Below, in pieces: positions 22,112 through 32,005 of a stretch of DNA of 64,000 bases (positions are counted from its first letter, which is position 1; each line of letters starts with the position of its first letter). The notes under the pieces were generated by a model. It made no database searches. It worked only from the letters and a program-made list of their open reading frames with translations, and was not told where the DNA came from. This stretch comes from Dehalococcoidia bacterium (GTDB lineage: Bacteria > Chloroflexota > Dehalococcoidia > Plut-88900), in the NCBI GenBank assembly GCA_965249275.1, contig CBDFLQ010000006.1, forward strand, positions 352,001-416,000. The letters run 5' to 3'. The translations under genes and the position numbers were made by a program.

Positions 22112-23902
22112 CTACATGGGATGCACTCCTTTGCTATCCTTCCAGTTCTTGGCCTGTTGCAGCATCTCTAGGGCGTTGGTGCGGGCTGCGCCGCTATCGG
22201 AGCCCAGCATCTGACTGAGTTCCGACACCCTGGCATCGTCCTCCAGCACCTCCACAGATGTCACGGTCCTATCATGTGAGGCAAGTTTTGTAACCTTAGC
22301 GTGGTGGTCTGCGTAGCACGCTATTTGCGGGAGGTGAGTTACGCAAAGCACCTGGTGGCTCTTGGACAGACCCCATAGTTTCTGGCCCAGTACGCTCCCG
22401 ACTCGACCTCCTATCCCCGCATCGATTTCGTCGAACACGAGTATTGGTATTTGGTCAGCCGTGGAAAGGATGGTCTTTATGGCAAGCATAAGCCTGGACG
22501 CTTCTCCCCCCGAGGCAACCTTGGTTAGAGGCCGGGGCGGCTCGCCCGGGTTCAGTGAGATCAAGAATTCCACGGAGTCTATACCTGTCCCGTTGTACGC
22601 TAGGTGCCTGATCGACTCCCCACCTAAAGAATGTGTTGCGTCATGGCCCAAGTCCGCGTTCCCAACCGGCACACCGTCTTCCGAATCTGATTGACGGATA
22701 TCCACCAACACTTGGGCATGTCCCAATGCCAGCCCGGAGACCTCTTCCTGTATGGCATCAGCCAGGCGCTTGGCTGCTTGTTGCCTAGCCTCGGAGAGCT
22801 GACCCGCAAGCCTGCCAACCTCTCTTCGAAGGTCAGCCTCTCGGGACTTCAATCCTTCCACCCGCTCTTCGCTGTGATCTAGCTTTTCCAGCTCCTCCGA
22901 TGCCCGTTCGCCGAAGGCCAGGATTTCTTCGATCGTACCGCCGTACTTCCTCTTGAGGCTGTTGATTAAGTCCAACCGCTCCTCAAGTTCCTGAAGGCGG
23001 GCCGGACTGTATTCGATGCCGTCACGATAGCTCCGGAGTGCACGCGCCAACTCGTCCACCTGGTGCGTCAAGGCGTCTACCGACTCAACAGTCTGGCTCA
23101 ATGAGGGGTCCAGCCGCTCCAGTTGGGAGAGGTCCTTGGAAACCTGCCCCATAAGGTCCATGACCGATTCGTGCCGGTCGAAACTATCGTATAGCGCTCG
23201 ATAGGCGTGGTCGGACAGTGTGATAATTTGCTCTGCGTTGGCAACCCGGTCCCTCTCCAGGGTCAGGTCATCATCTTCAGCTGGGCGTAGACTCGCGGTG
23301 CCGATCTCTGCTACCTGGTACCTCAGAAAATCCGCCCTTTGAGCAAGCTCCTTTTCATCCTTCCGAAGCTGGTCTAGCTCCTGGCGCACCTCCGTTAGTT
23401 GCCGGACCACCTCTGCAACCTCGCTGCGAAGCTGCCATAGCCCTCCATACTTGTCCAGAATATCCATGTGCTCACGTACGCGAAGAAGGGATAAATGCTG
23501 ATTTTGGCCGTGGATATCCACCAGGTGTTGGGCCAATGTGCTTAACAGCCTGAGAGGTACGATTCGCCCGTTCACGCGGCAGGTGTTGCGCCCATCCACG
23601 TTGACCTCCCGAGCAAGAATCACCTCCTCCTCGCCGACGTCAATTGCGTATTCAGCCAGAGCAGCATCGATTTTCTGAGAGATGTCGCCGCCAAGCAGGA
23701 AGATGCCCTCTACCCTGGACCGGCGAGCCCCGGAACGTACCATGCCAACGTCGGCGCGCCCTCCGAGCAGGAGGCTCAGCGCATCCACGATGATCGACTT
23801 GCCTGCTCCCGTCTCCCCGGTCAGCACACCAAAACCGGGCGCCAACTCTATTTCGAGCTGCTCTATGGTGGCGAAGTTGGTGACACTAAGGAGTCTGAGC
23901 AT
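22112..23902 (-). CDS. recN: DNA repair protein RecN
   Basis: LTGETGAGKSII, DIHGQNQH, ASGGEASR, FDEIDAGIGG, CVTHLPQIA. Confidence 0.97.
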   Translation of the reverse strand: MLRLLSVTNFATIEQLEIELAPGFGVLTGETGAGKSIIVDALSLLLGGRADVGMVRSGARRSRVEGIFLLGGDISQKIDAALAEYAIDVGEEEVILAREVNVDGRNTCRVNGRIVPLRLLSTLAQHLVDIHGQNQHLSLLRVREHMDILDKYGGLWQLRSEVAEVVRQLTEVRQELDQLRKDEKELAQRADFLRYQVAEIGTASLRPAEDDDLTLERDRVANAEQIITLSDHAYRALYDSFDRHESVMDLMGQVSKDLSQLERLDPSLSQTVESVDALTHQVDELARALRSYRDGIEYSPARLQELEERLDLINSLKRKYGGTIEEILAFGERASEELEKLDHSEERVEGLKSREADLRREVGRLAGQLSEARQQAAKRLADAIQEEVSGLALGHAQVLVDIRQSDSEDGVPVGNADLGHDATHSLGGESIRHLAYNGTGIDSVEFLISLNPGEPPRPLTKVASGGEASRLMLAIKTILSTADQIPILVFDEIDAGIGGRVGSVLGQKLWGLSKSHQVLCVTHLPQIACYADHHAKVTKLASHDRTVTSVEVLEDDARVSELSQMLGSDSGAARTNALEMLQQAKNWKDSKGVHPM

Positions 23903-24113
23903 GGCTATGTCCGAAACTCCACCCTTCCGAGCAATGCCCTTCGGCTTACCAGGGTGGAATCGAACCGGAGACTGGCCAACCGGCGGCTATGTCAATTGGC
24001 TTAACCGTTGGAATAACCTTCGTCCCTTGCTGAGTTGGTGCAAGCATGAAAGAGGCTGACCTCATATTCCAAAAATACATTCAAGACGAAAGTTCTTGAT
24101 CTTGATCAAATCA

Positions 24114-24188
24114 TGGTGAGCCGTGTGGGATTCGAACCCACGACACCCGGATTAAAAGTCCGGTGCTCTTCCGCTGAGCTAACGGCTC
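24114..24188 (-). tRNA. tRNA-Lys(TTT)
   Basis: Reverse complement GAGCCGTTAGCTCAGCGGAAGAGCACCGGACTTTTAATCCGGGTGTCGTGGGTTCGAATCCCACACGGCTCACCA; cloverleaf, TTT anticodon, encoded CCA. Confidence 0.97.
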
Positions 24189-24249
24189 CCGAGCCCAATA
24201 TTGGCACCCGCCCATCCCAGTGTCAATTTACCCTTGCACCTTCTCCCCC

Positions 24250-24278
24250 GTCATCCCCGTGTTCGACACAGGAATCCA
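24250..24278. repeat. GTCA-type REP-like palindrome (family A)
   Basis: gtcatccccgtgttcgacacaggaatcca; relatives near 32559, 32702, 32878, 34010, 40179, 42765, 50782, 59015, 59685, 62491, 62714 and 62930. Confidence 0.8.
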
Positions 24279-24303
24279 GTGTTTAGGCGCGATGCAGGAA
24301 CCC

Positions 24304-24888
24304 CTACCCACCCCCCGGACGCGCGATAGGTGTCCCTTTCTGGCACTCCGGGCATTCCTCTGGTTGATATACCGGGACCTCTAACTTATGACAACTGTAA
24401 AGCGATGCCCCCACCTCCACCCCTCCCCCCGAGCGATCAATCAGCACACCCACCCCGACAACCTCCCCTCCACTATTTCTGACGGCATTGACCACATCCA
24501 CCACCGACCCCCCGGTAGTGAGTATATCGTCCACTATAAGCGCCTTCTCCCCAACACCCACACTCAGCCCCCGACGAAATCCCCTGCCTTCTCCCACCCT
24601 CTCCGCATATACGGCCCTCACTCCCATCAGTCTAGCCACCTCATACGCCAGGATCACCCCACCCAACGCCGGCCCCGCCACTACCTCCACCCCCGACCCC
24701 TTGAAATGCTCGGCCACCATCCGGCACAAGCGGCCGGTGTACTCCGGGTATTGCAGCAGCCGGAACTTCTCCAGGTATTTAGGCGAATGTAGGCCCGAGG
24801 TCAGCAGGAAGTGCCCATCCAGCACCACCTTGGCCCTCGCCAACACATCGGATACGCTGTCCCTGTCCACTGGATTGTCTTTGCTCAT
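24304..24888 (-). CDS. pyrE: Orotate phosphoribosyltransferase
   Basis: GHFLLTSGLHS, IVDDILTTGGS PRPP motif; ATG overlaps the lepB stop. Confidence 0.95.
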   Translation of the reverse strand: MSKDNPVDRDSVSDVLARAKVVLDGHFLLTSGLHSPKYLEKFRLLQYPEYTGRLCRMVAEHFKGSGVEVVAGPALGGVILAYEVARLMGVRAVYAERVGEGRGFRRGLSVGVGEKALIVDDILTTGGSVVDVVNAVRNSGGEVVGVGVLIDRSGGGVEVGASLYSCHKLEVPVYQPEECPECQKGTPIARPGGG

Positions 24889-25487
24889 TCCTCTGACTCC
24901 GGTTCGATTTGAAAGCTGTCCACGGTCCCAAAATCTCCTGGGGGCCAGTATGCCAGCCACGCCTTCCCAATAATCTGGCTCTTATATATGGGCCCAAAGC
25001 TGTTCGAATCGTTGCTCCGGGGTCGGTTGTCTCCCAGTACAAAGTAGTGGCCCTCAGGAATCGTGCTCTCGTCACGGTCCCTGGTATTCCCCAGCACGTA
25101 CGGCTCGACAATAGAGTGTCCGTTAATCTTGACAATCCCGTCCTCTATCTCCAGCGAGTCCCCCGGCAGCGCCACTATCCGTTTCACCAGTCTCTTCTCC
25201 ATTTCTTGTGGAGATCTGATAACCACCACGTCTCCCCTCTCTGGCTCTCCGAACAAGTGAAACTCCGACCCCTCGTCAACTTCGTAGAATGGGATAAACT
25301 TGGAGAGCCCTTCTACGTCCAGGGACATGTACGCAGCCTTGTTAACTATCACGTGCTGTCCGGAATGCAGGTTTGGCTCCATACTCTGCCCCAGCACTTG
25401 GTAGTTCTGTAACACGGCCTGCACCACGAAGAAGAATACGGCAGCCAGCGCCAGTGCCTTAACAACATCGAGCAGCGATCTTTTCAT
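24885..25487 (-). CDS. lepB: Signal peptidase I
   Basis: GQSMEPNL, VKRIVALPGD, LGDNRPRSNDS. Confidence 0.95.
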   Translation of the reverse strand: MKRSLLDVVKALALAAVFFFVVQAVLQNYQVLGQSMEPNLHSGQHVIVNKAAYMSLDVEGLSKFIPFYEVDEGSEFHLFGEPERGDVVVIRSPQEMEKRLVKRIVALPGDSLEIEDGIVKINGHSIVEPYVLGNTRDRDESTIPEGHYFVLGDNRPRSNDSNSFGPIYKSQIIGKAWLAYWPPGDFGTVDSFQIEPESEE

Positions 25488-25671
25488 CTTATTGGAAAGC
25501 TTGGACCGGAAGTGTGATACCTAGAGTCCAATTATATCCGAGCCACCTGACCCCTGCCCCCGACCCCGACCCTGCGGAACAAATCTGATGGCTAATTCGT
25601 CTTAGCAATGAATACGGGAAGCTAAATTGCCCGCCTGGGGCAAACCAAATTCCAACGCCCGTGGAGGAACA

Positions 25672-26433
25672 ATGAGAAATCTGAAAAATGTCCTAGTCCT
25701 GGTCGCCGTGCTGACCATCGCCCTTGTCGCTGCTATCGCATGTGGTGCGACAACGGAAGATTCCCCAACCCCTACCCCCGAGTCCAGTTCCGCTAACACT
25801 CCCCAGGGCGGAATCTCCGTATCCGGGACTGCGTCTATCTCCCTTGCCCCGGACACAGCCACCATCGTGCTTGGCGTCGAGGCCCTGCATGAAACCGTAG
25901 CCCAAGCCCGTGCCGACGCCGCAGCCGCCATGACCAATATCGTAGATGTCCTTACCGCTGCCGGTGTGGTAGATGAGGACATACAGACTCAACACCTTTC
26001 CATTCAGCCACAATACGACTACAGCAGCGAGACCCGGGAACTGATAGGTTTCACCGTAGTCAACATCGTCAACGTCACCATCCGGGACATCGACTCCGTC
26101 GGTGCCGTCATCGACCAAACAGTAGAGGCCGGCGGCGACCTCACCCGCGTCCAGTCTATCTACTTCTCCGTCGACGACACCTCCTCTTACGAAGATCAGC
26201 TCATCGAGGAGGCTGTACAGGACGCCACCACCAAGGCCCAACGCCTCGCCGATCTCACCGGCGTTACCCTCGGCAAACCTCTCTCCATCAACTACGGAGG
26301 CGGCATCCCTTACCCCGTCTTCAATCGCTCATTTGGCATCGCAATGGCCGAATCCGCCGCCTTCGACACCCCCATCAGCGCCGGAGAAGTCGAAACATCA
26401 GTCACCGTAAGCATCATCTTCGCCATCAATTAA
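25672..26433 (+). CDS. SIMPL (DUF541) domain lipoprotein
   Basis: Lipobox AIAC, ISVSGTASISLAPD, AVQDATTKAQRLA, PISAGE. Confidence 0.88.
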   Translation: MRNLKNVLVLVAVLTIALVAAIACGATTEDSPTPTPESSSANTPQGGISVSGTASISLAPDTATIVLGVEALHETVAQARADAAAAMTNIVDVLTAAGVVDEDIQTQHLSIQPQYDYSSETRELIGFTVVNIVNVTIRDIDSVGAVIDQTVEAGGDLTRVQSIYFSVDDTSSYEDQLIEEAVQDATTKAQRLADLTGVTLGKPLSINYGGGIPYPVFNRSFGIAMAESAAFDTPISAGEVETSVTVSIIFAIN

Positions 26434-26458
26434 CCCCCCACCACCCACCTGTTAAAAA

Positions 26459-26491
26459 AAACGGGGCGATTGCTAAGCAATCGCCCCGTTT
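26459..26491. terminator. Intrinsic terminator-like hairpin
   Basis: AAACGGGGCGATTGC-TAA-GCAATCGCCCCGTTT, perfect stem with A-tract and T-tract flanks. Confidence 0.75.
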
Positions 26492-26583
26492 CCTTATCCA
26501 AGTCCCTTTAAGAGTCAAATCTCCCTTCTCAGACGATACCTTTTCACATTCGTCATCCCCACCCCTGACCCGGCTCACGAAGT

Positions 26584-26704
26584 AAGGCCTTTCCATTCCT
26601 AGGGGGCGAGGTATTCCGCTCGCCCTGAGCCGAGTCGAAGGGTCTCAAGAGCGGAATGGGCGGGGCTTCTCGGCCCCAACATCATGAGTTACGCAAAGGC
26701 CCTC
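26584..26704. mobile_element. Degenerate MITE of the family seen at 38817
   Basis: Right end GTTACGCAAAGGCCCTC matches the 38817 TIR; partial left end AAGGCCTTT; internal CCCTGAGC..GTCGAAGGG motif. Confidence 0.45.
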
Positions 26705-26846
26705 GGTTACAGAAGGCTAAAGCCTGGCGTGAGCTAAGTCGAAGGGGTGAGGGTATTCCCCTCCCCCTAGATTCCCCACCCGCGTATTGCTAATATATCG
26801 CATCCGCACTCGCCTCAATCCTGGTTGACTTTGATCGGAACTCAGC

Positions 26847-27437
26847 GTGGTACTTAGCGACAAAACAATAAGAGAAGAAATCGACGGGGGCCGTATCGTC
26901 ATCGATCCCCTCGACCCTTCAGATATCCAGCCCGCCAGCATCGACGTCCACCTCGACGACAAGGTCCTTGTCTTCCGCAATTCCCGCAAACCCTTCATCG
27001 ACGTCCGACAGGACACCACCGACCTCACCGAAATGGAACAGATCTCCGAAGATAATCCATTCATCCTCCACCCCGGTGAATTCATACTGGCCAGTACCAC
27101 CGAGCACATTGAAATCCCCGACGACATCGTCGCCCGCCTCGAAGGAAAGAGCTCCCTGGGCCGCATCGGCCTCCTTATCCACTCCACTGCCGGTTACGTA
27201 GACCCCGGCTGGAAGGGCCATCTCACCTTGGAGCTCAGCAACGTCGCCAACCTCCCCGTAACCCTCTACTCCGGCATGAAAATCGGACAGATATCCTTCT
27301 TGCGACTCACCAGCCCCGCCGAAAACCTCTACGGCTCCAAGAATCTCGGCAGTAAGTACCAGGGCCAGACCCAACCGACCGCCAGCAGGATCCACGTAGA
27401 CTTCAAACCTGGCTCCTCCGGAGACCAGAGCGGGTGA
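26847..27437 (+). CDS. dcd: dCTP deaminase
   Basis: IQPASID, LEGKSSLGRIGL, TAGYVDPGW, SKYQGQ. Confidence 0.96.
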   Translation: MVLSDKTIREEIDGGRIVIDPLDPSDIQPASIDVHLDDKVLVFRNSRKPFIDVRQDTTDLTEMEQISEDNPFILHPGEFILASTTEHIEIPDDIVARLEGKSSLGRIGLLIHSTAGYVDPGWKGHLTLELSNVANLPVTLYSGMKIGQISFLRLTSPAENLYGSKNLGSKYQGQTQPTASRIHVDFKPGSSGDQSG

Positions 27438-28546
27438 ATCTCCTGTCCCGTCCACCCCTCCCCGCCACGGGCTACATGGAACACTGTATCTCCCTGGCGC
27501 GGCGCTCCCTTGGCATCTCCTCCCCAAACCCCGCCGTAGGTGCAGTAGTGGTGAGGGATGGCGAAGTCGTCGGAGAAGGCAATACCCGCCCCCCGGGCCA
27601 ATCCCACGCCGAAATCGTCGCTCTTGATCAAGCCGGCGCCGCCGCCCGCGGCTCGGAGATCTACGTCACTCTCGAACCGTGCTGCTTCGCCGGACGTACC
27701 CCGCCCTGCACCGCCGCAATCATCGAACGCGGTGTCTCCAGGGTTCACGTAGCCGCCGTTGACCCCAACCCCCGAGTCTCCGGCAAAGGCGTCCGGGAAC
27801 TGGAGAGGGCCGGCATAGACGTAGTGCTCGGAGAGTCCCGCAGATCTGCGGAGCGAGTCGTGGAGGGCTACTCCAAGTACATTACCACCGGCAGGCCCTT
27901 CGTCACTGCCAAGTTCGCCGCTAGCCTCGATGGAAAGATAGCCACCCGATCCGGTGAGTCCCAATGGATCACGGGCCCCGATGCCCGCGCCCGCGCCCAC
28001 GAAATACGCCGCAGCGTCGACGCCATACTAGTCGGCGCAGGTACCGTCTTTGCCGACAATCCCAGGCTCACGGCCCGGGACCCCAACGGGCGCCCCCTGG
28101 ACCGGCAACCCGCTCGCATCGTCATTGCAGGCAAGTTCCCCATCTCCCCTGATGCCCTCATCTTCAATCAGCCGGGCAGAGCCTTCCTCGCGACCGCTGC
28201 GATATCCCCCGACCTCCGTTCATGCCTCGAAGGAAAGGGAGTAGAGGTCATCATCGTCCCCCAGGCTGTTCCAGGCGTCGATCTGAACGCTTTACTGGAC
28301 CTGCTCGGCCAAAAGGAAATAACCAACGTTCTCGTCGAGGGAGGCGGCGCCCTCCTCGGATCATTCTTCGATAATCGACTCGTAGAAAAAGTTGTTGCTT
28401 TCCTTGCGCCGGTTATAATAGGCGGAGACAATAGCCCTGGGGCCATTGGCGGTATCGGCGCCGAGGCTATGGCCGATGTGCTTAGACTCACCAATATCGA
28501 GATAGAGACCCTCGGCCCTGACATAGTGCTAACGGGATACGCCTAG
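27434..28546 (+). CDS. ribD: Bifunctional riboflavin deaminase/reductase
   Basis: PNPAVGAV, HAE, TLEPCC..GRTPPC, SLDGKIA, VEGG. Confidence 0.96.
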   Translation: MNLLSRPPLPATGYMEHCISLARRSLGISSPNPAVGAVVVRDGEVVGEGNTRPPGQSHAEIVALDQAGAAARGSEIYVTLEPCCFAGRTPPCTAAIIERGVSRVHVAAVDPNPRVSGKGVRELERAGIDVVLGESRRSAERVVEGYSKYITTGRPFVTAKFAASLDGKIATRSGESQWITGPDARARAHEIRRSVDAILVGAGTVFADNPRLTARDPNGRPLDRQPARIVIAGKFPISPDALIFNQPGRAFLATAAISPDLRSCLEGKGVEVIIVPQAVPGVDLNALLDLLGQKEITNVLVEGGGALLGSFFDNRLVEKVVAFLAPVIIGGDNSPGAIGGIGAEAMADVLRLTNIEIETLGPDIVLTGYA

Positions 28547-28560
28547 AAACAGCGGACATA

Positions 28561-29184
28561 TTGTTTACTGGCATAGTCGAAGAGCTTGGCCGGGCCCTTT
28601 CAATGGACAGTTCTCGGCTGTCCATCTCCGCGTCTACCGTCTTGGACGACTCCCGCATCGGCGATAGTATCGCCGTCAACGGCACCTGCTTGACCATAAC
28701 CGACATCTCCGAAGACTGCCTCTCCTTTGACGTCATGCCCGAGACCCTGCGCCGCACAAACCTCGGAGCCCTCGAACCCGGCGCCCCTGTCAACCTGGAG
28801 AGACCCTTGACCCTCAACTCCCGGCTCGGAGGCCACATAATGCAGGGCCACGTGGACGGCTCTGGCACAGTCGTCTCCATCACCCCCGACAAAGACGCTT
28901 GGATCATGGAGATCAGGCCCCCGGCGGAGCTTCTGCCCTACATCGTTGACAAGGGTTTCATCGGCGTAGATGGCGCTAGCCTGACTGTCGTGGACCGCCT
29001 CCCCGAGACCTTCACTATCTCCCTGGTCACCTACACCTGGGAGCACACTACTCTCAGCCAACGCTCCATCGGAAAATCCGTCAACCTGGAAGTCGATATA
29101 CTGGCCAAATACGTGTTGCAGCTCGTCAAAGGCGGCGAGCTGTCAGAGTCCCCTCTATCTGCCCTCGCAAGCCCTCAGTCCTAG
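28561..29184 (+). CDS. ribE: Riboflavin synthase alpha chain
   Basis: MFTGIVEE N-terminus, GDSIAVNGTCLT, VNLE. Confidence 0.96.
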   Translation: MFTGIVEELGRALSMDSSRLSISASTVLDDSRIGDSIAVNGTCLTITDISEDCLSFDVMPETLRRTNLGALEPGAPVNLERPLTLNSRLGGHIMQGHVDGSGTVVSITPDKDAWIMEIRPPAELLPYIVDKGFIGVDGASLTVVDRLPETFTISLVTYTWEHTTLSQRSIGKSVNLEVDILAKYVLQLVKGGELSESPLSALASPQS

Positions 29185-29210
29185 CAGTTCTGGAAACCGG
29201 AGGATACCGG

Positions 29211-30404
29211 ATGCCATTTGCCACCATCCCCGAGGCCATTCAAGATTTTCAAGCCGGGAAGATGGTCATCATTGTCGATGACGAGGACCGGGAAAACGAG
29301 GGCGATCTCGCCATCGCCGCCGACAAGTGCAACTCTGAAATCATCAATTTCATGGCCAGGCACGGGCGCGGTCTCATCTGCATTTCCATGACCGGGGAAC
29401 GCCTCGAAGAGCTCCGGATCCCTATGATGGTTCAGGACAACACCGCACCCTTCAGCACCGCATTCACTGTCACTGTCGAGGGCCGGCGCGAGGTCACCAC
29501 CGGCATCTCTGCCTTTGACCGGGCCCGCACCGTCGCCACCCTCATAGACCCCGACGCTCGGCCCGAAGACCTCACCCGCCCTGGGCACATGTTCCCCCTC
29601 CGCGCTCGTGAGGGCGGCGTCCTCGTCCGCGCCGGCCAGACCGAGGCTGTCGTAGATCTTGCTAAGCTCTCCGGTCTCTACCCCGCCGGCGTCATCTGCG
29701 AAATCATGAACGAAGACGGCTCCATGGCCCGGCTTTCTCACCTCACCAAGTTCGCCAATGAGCACTCCCTCAAGATAATAACCGTCGCCGACCTCATCTC
29801 TTTCCGTATGCGCAATGACAAGCTCGTCAAGCGCATCGCCGAGTCCCACCTCCCAACCTCCTACGGCGAGTTCCAGGCCATCGCCTACACCACCTCAATC
29901 AACCAGGATGACCACATTGCCCTCGTCAAGGGCGACATCTGCGGCGACGAACCCGTCCTCGTCCGTGTCCACAGCCAGTGCCTCACCGGCGACGTGTTCA
30001 CCAGCTCCCGCTGTGACTGCGGCGAGCAGATAGGCCTCGCGCTCAACGCGATAGAAAAAGAGGGTCGGGGCGTATTCCTCTACATGCGCCAGGAGGGCCG
30101 TGGCATCGGCCTCCACAACAAGATCAAAGCCTACGCCCTTCAGGACCACGGTATGGACACCGTCGAAGCCAACGAGGCCCTGGGCTTCCCCGCAGACCGC
30201 CGGGACTACGGCATCGGCATGCAGATCCTCGTAGACCTCGGCATCCGGGAAATGCGCCTCCTGACTAACAACCCAGCCAAGCGTGCAGGATTGGAAGGCT
30301 ACAACCTCCAGGTCGTTGAGAGGGTTCCCATTAAACCCACGGTCAACCAGCACAACAGGCATTACCTGGAGACCAAGAAGCAAAAGCTCGGGCATCTCAT
30401 CTAG
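29211..30404 (+). CDS. ribBA: DHBP synthase / GTP cyclohydrolase II
   Basis: [40 protein letters not shown]. Confidence 0.97.
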   Translation: MPFATIPEAIQDFQAGKMVIIVDDEDRENEGDLAIAADKCNSEIINFMARHGRGLICISMTGERLEELRIPMMVQDNTAPFSTAFTVTVEGRREVTTGISAFDRARTVATLIDPDARPEDLTRPGHMFPLRAREGGVLVRAGQTEAVVDLAKLSGLYPAGVICEIMNEDGSMARLSHLTKFANEHSLKIITVADLISFRMRNDKLVKRIAESHLPTSYGEFQAIAYTTSINQDDHIALVKGDICGDEPVLVRVHSQCLTGDVFTSSRCDCGEQIGLALNAIEKEGRGVFLYMRQEGRGIGLHNKIKAYALQDHGMDTVEANEALGFPADRRDYGIGMQILVDLGIREMRLLTNNPAKRAGLEGYNLQVVERVPIKPTVNQHNRHYLETKKQKLGHLI

Positions 30405-30423
30405 CCCGAGTTCTGCACGTCTA

Positions 30424-30903
30424 ATGGGCAAAACATTCAAGGGCGACACCCTCGGCAAGGGCCTCCGAATCGGCATCGCCGTATCCCGGTTCAACGAGCC
30501 CGTAACTACCCGGCTCCTTGATGGCGCACTGGAAGGGCTGAATGCCAACGGCGTCTCCCAATACGCCGTCGACGTAGCCTGGACCCCCGGCGCCCTGGAA
30601 CTGCCCATCGTGGCCAAACAGATGGCGGGCAGCGGCCGCTACGATGCCATAATCTGCCTCGGCGCTGTCATAAGGGGCGAGACCGCCCACTTTGACTACG
30701 TTTCCGCCGGTGCCCAACAGGGTGTCGTCAAAGCATCCCTTGAAACCGGGGTCCCCATCCTGTTTGGAGTCCTTACTACCGACGACACGGCCCAGGCTAT
30801 GGAACGCTCCGGTGGCAAGAAGGGCAACAAGGGCTTCGACGCCGCCGCCGGTGCCATCGAGATGGCCAACCTACTAAAGTCACTTCCCGGCAGCTACACA
30901 TAG
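30424..30903 (+). CDS. ribH: 6,7-dimethyl-8-ribityllumazine synthase
   Basis: SRFN, PGALELP, LGAVIRGETAHFDYV, GNKG. Confidence 0.96.
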   Translation: MGKTFKGDTLGKGLRIGIAVSRFNEPVTTRLLDGALEGLNANGVSQYAVDVAWTPGALELPIVAKQMAGSGRYDAIICLGAVIRGETAHFDYVSAGAQQGVVKASLETGVPILFGVLTTDDTAQAMERSGGKKGNKGFDAAAGAIEMANLLKSLPGSYT

Positions 30904-31047
30904 CAGACTGCTGAAATATGGGGTGTGCAGAGGGGCTCTGCCCCTCGCCGGGAGTCTGAGGGTGTCCCTCAGATATCACTTTCTCTCCCTTCCTGGTCAG
31001 GAAGGGGCTTCGGGAAAACTCCAAAGTGTTTTTCCGTAGTCTGCTAG
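30901..31047. mobile_element. MITE with ~16-bp terminal inverted repeats
   Basis: TAGCAGACTGCTGAAA ... TTTCCGTAGTCTGCTA (14/16 match); internal hairpins (CTGAGGG/CCCTCAG, CCCTTCCTG/CAGGAAGGG); no transposase. Confidence 0.7.
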
Positions 31048-31082
31048 CGCTTGCCGTTTCGAATCAAAGGCATTTGGGAGTG

Positions 31083-31898
31083 CTATGCTCTGGACGCTTC
31101 CCAGCTCCCTTTCCAGCCGGGGCGCCAATCCGTCCACTTCGCGAACTCCTTTGGAGTAATGCCTGTTTCATAGATTTCAACGGCAATTGGGAGCTTACTA
31201 AAAGTTTCGGGGATCAAGCTGCTATCGCCGTCCGGGCAGACTGAGACCGAAATTAGCAGATCGATTTCCGCGTAAAACTCAATATAATCACTCTTTTTTA
31301 CGTCGGTCTTGGTGAAATATCGGCGCCCAGTCAGGCCATCGATGCGCATCTTCTGAAAGAGGTTGACGTTGTCGCCAATTACGTCCTGTTCGGTCAGGCC
31401 CAGAGACTCCGCACCTTGCAACAGGTTGAGGTGACAACCGTTTAAACCAGCCTCGCCGAAGGTCAATTCCCAGATTTCTGAAGAACAATGACTCCCCGGG
31501 AAGTGGGCATGCCACCCCTCATCCGCCGGTCCTGTTACTACCGTGTCCTCAATACAGGTCGCAATCGGGCGATATCTGGGGACGTCGGACCAAAGTCTAA
31601 AATATGTCGTGATAAATAGTCCTTCAGCAAGAAGGGTCTGATTCAAACTAAGCGATTCCCACTGAGGACAATCGGCGTTCCACAGACATACGTCTACAAC
31701 TTGTGGTCCTTCCTCCTCTATTACCCTGAAAGTTTGCCCCTTGTTTACCCGGAATCCTCTTCCGTTGTCGGGTGGAATTATTGTCCTCTGCAATAAGGTT
31801 CGCTCGGAAACCTTTGCTCGGATATTGTCGTAGAACTCTATATCCATCCTGTATAGTTCGGGGTTTGCTTCCGTCAAACTTTTCTCAGTGGATTTCAT
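31083..31898 (-). CDS. DUF1989 / urea carboxylase-associated family protein
   Basis: GQTFRVIEEEGPQVVD, GCHLNL, NVNLFQ, DYIEFYAEIDLLISVSVCP; visibly lower GC. Confidence 0.82.
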   Translation of the reverse strand: MKSTEKSLTEANPELYRMDIEFYDNIRAKVSERTLLQRTIIPPDNGRGFRVNKGQTFRVIEEEGPQVVDVCLWNADCPQWESLSLNQTLLAEGLFITTYFRLWSDVPRYRPIATCIEDTVVTGPADEGWHAHFPGSHCSSEIWELTFGEAGLNGCHLNLLQGAESLGLTEQDVIGDNVNLFQKMRIDGLTGRRYFTKTDVKKSDYIEFYAEIDLLISVSVCPDGDSSLIPETFSKLPIAVEIYETGITPKEFAKWTDWRPGWKGSWEASRA

Positions 31899-32005
31899 AA
31901 ATGACTCTCCTCTTGAGTATTGCCCAACCTACGTAGGGAATTATGTGCGGGATCGTGTACTCCTTTTTGCTCCCTGGAGGACGGTGATAAGGCGACACCT
32001 TTCAA

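Noticed and set aside
23912-23990. GGTTCGATTCC (T-loop-like) on the minus strand and a hairpin upstream of recN
   Set aside because: No cloverleaf can be built and no LexA box is recognisable
26434-26846. Possible FMN riboswitch before the rib operon
   Set aside because: Conserved aptamer motifs not seen; the region is explained by a terminator and repeats
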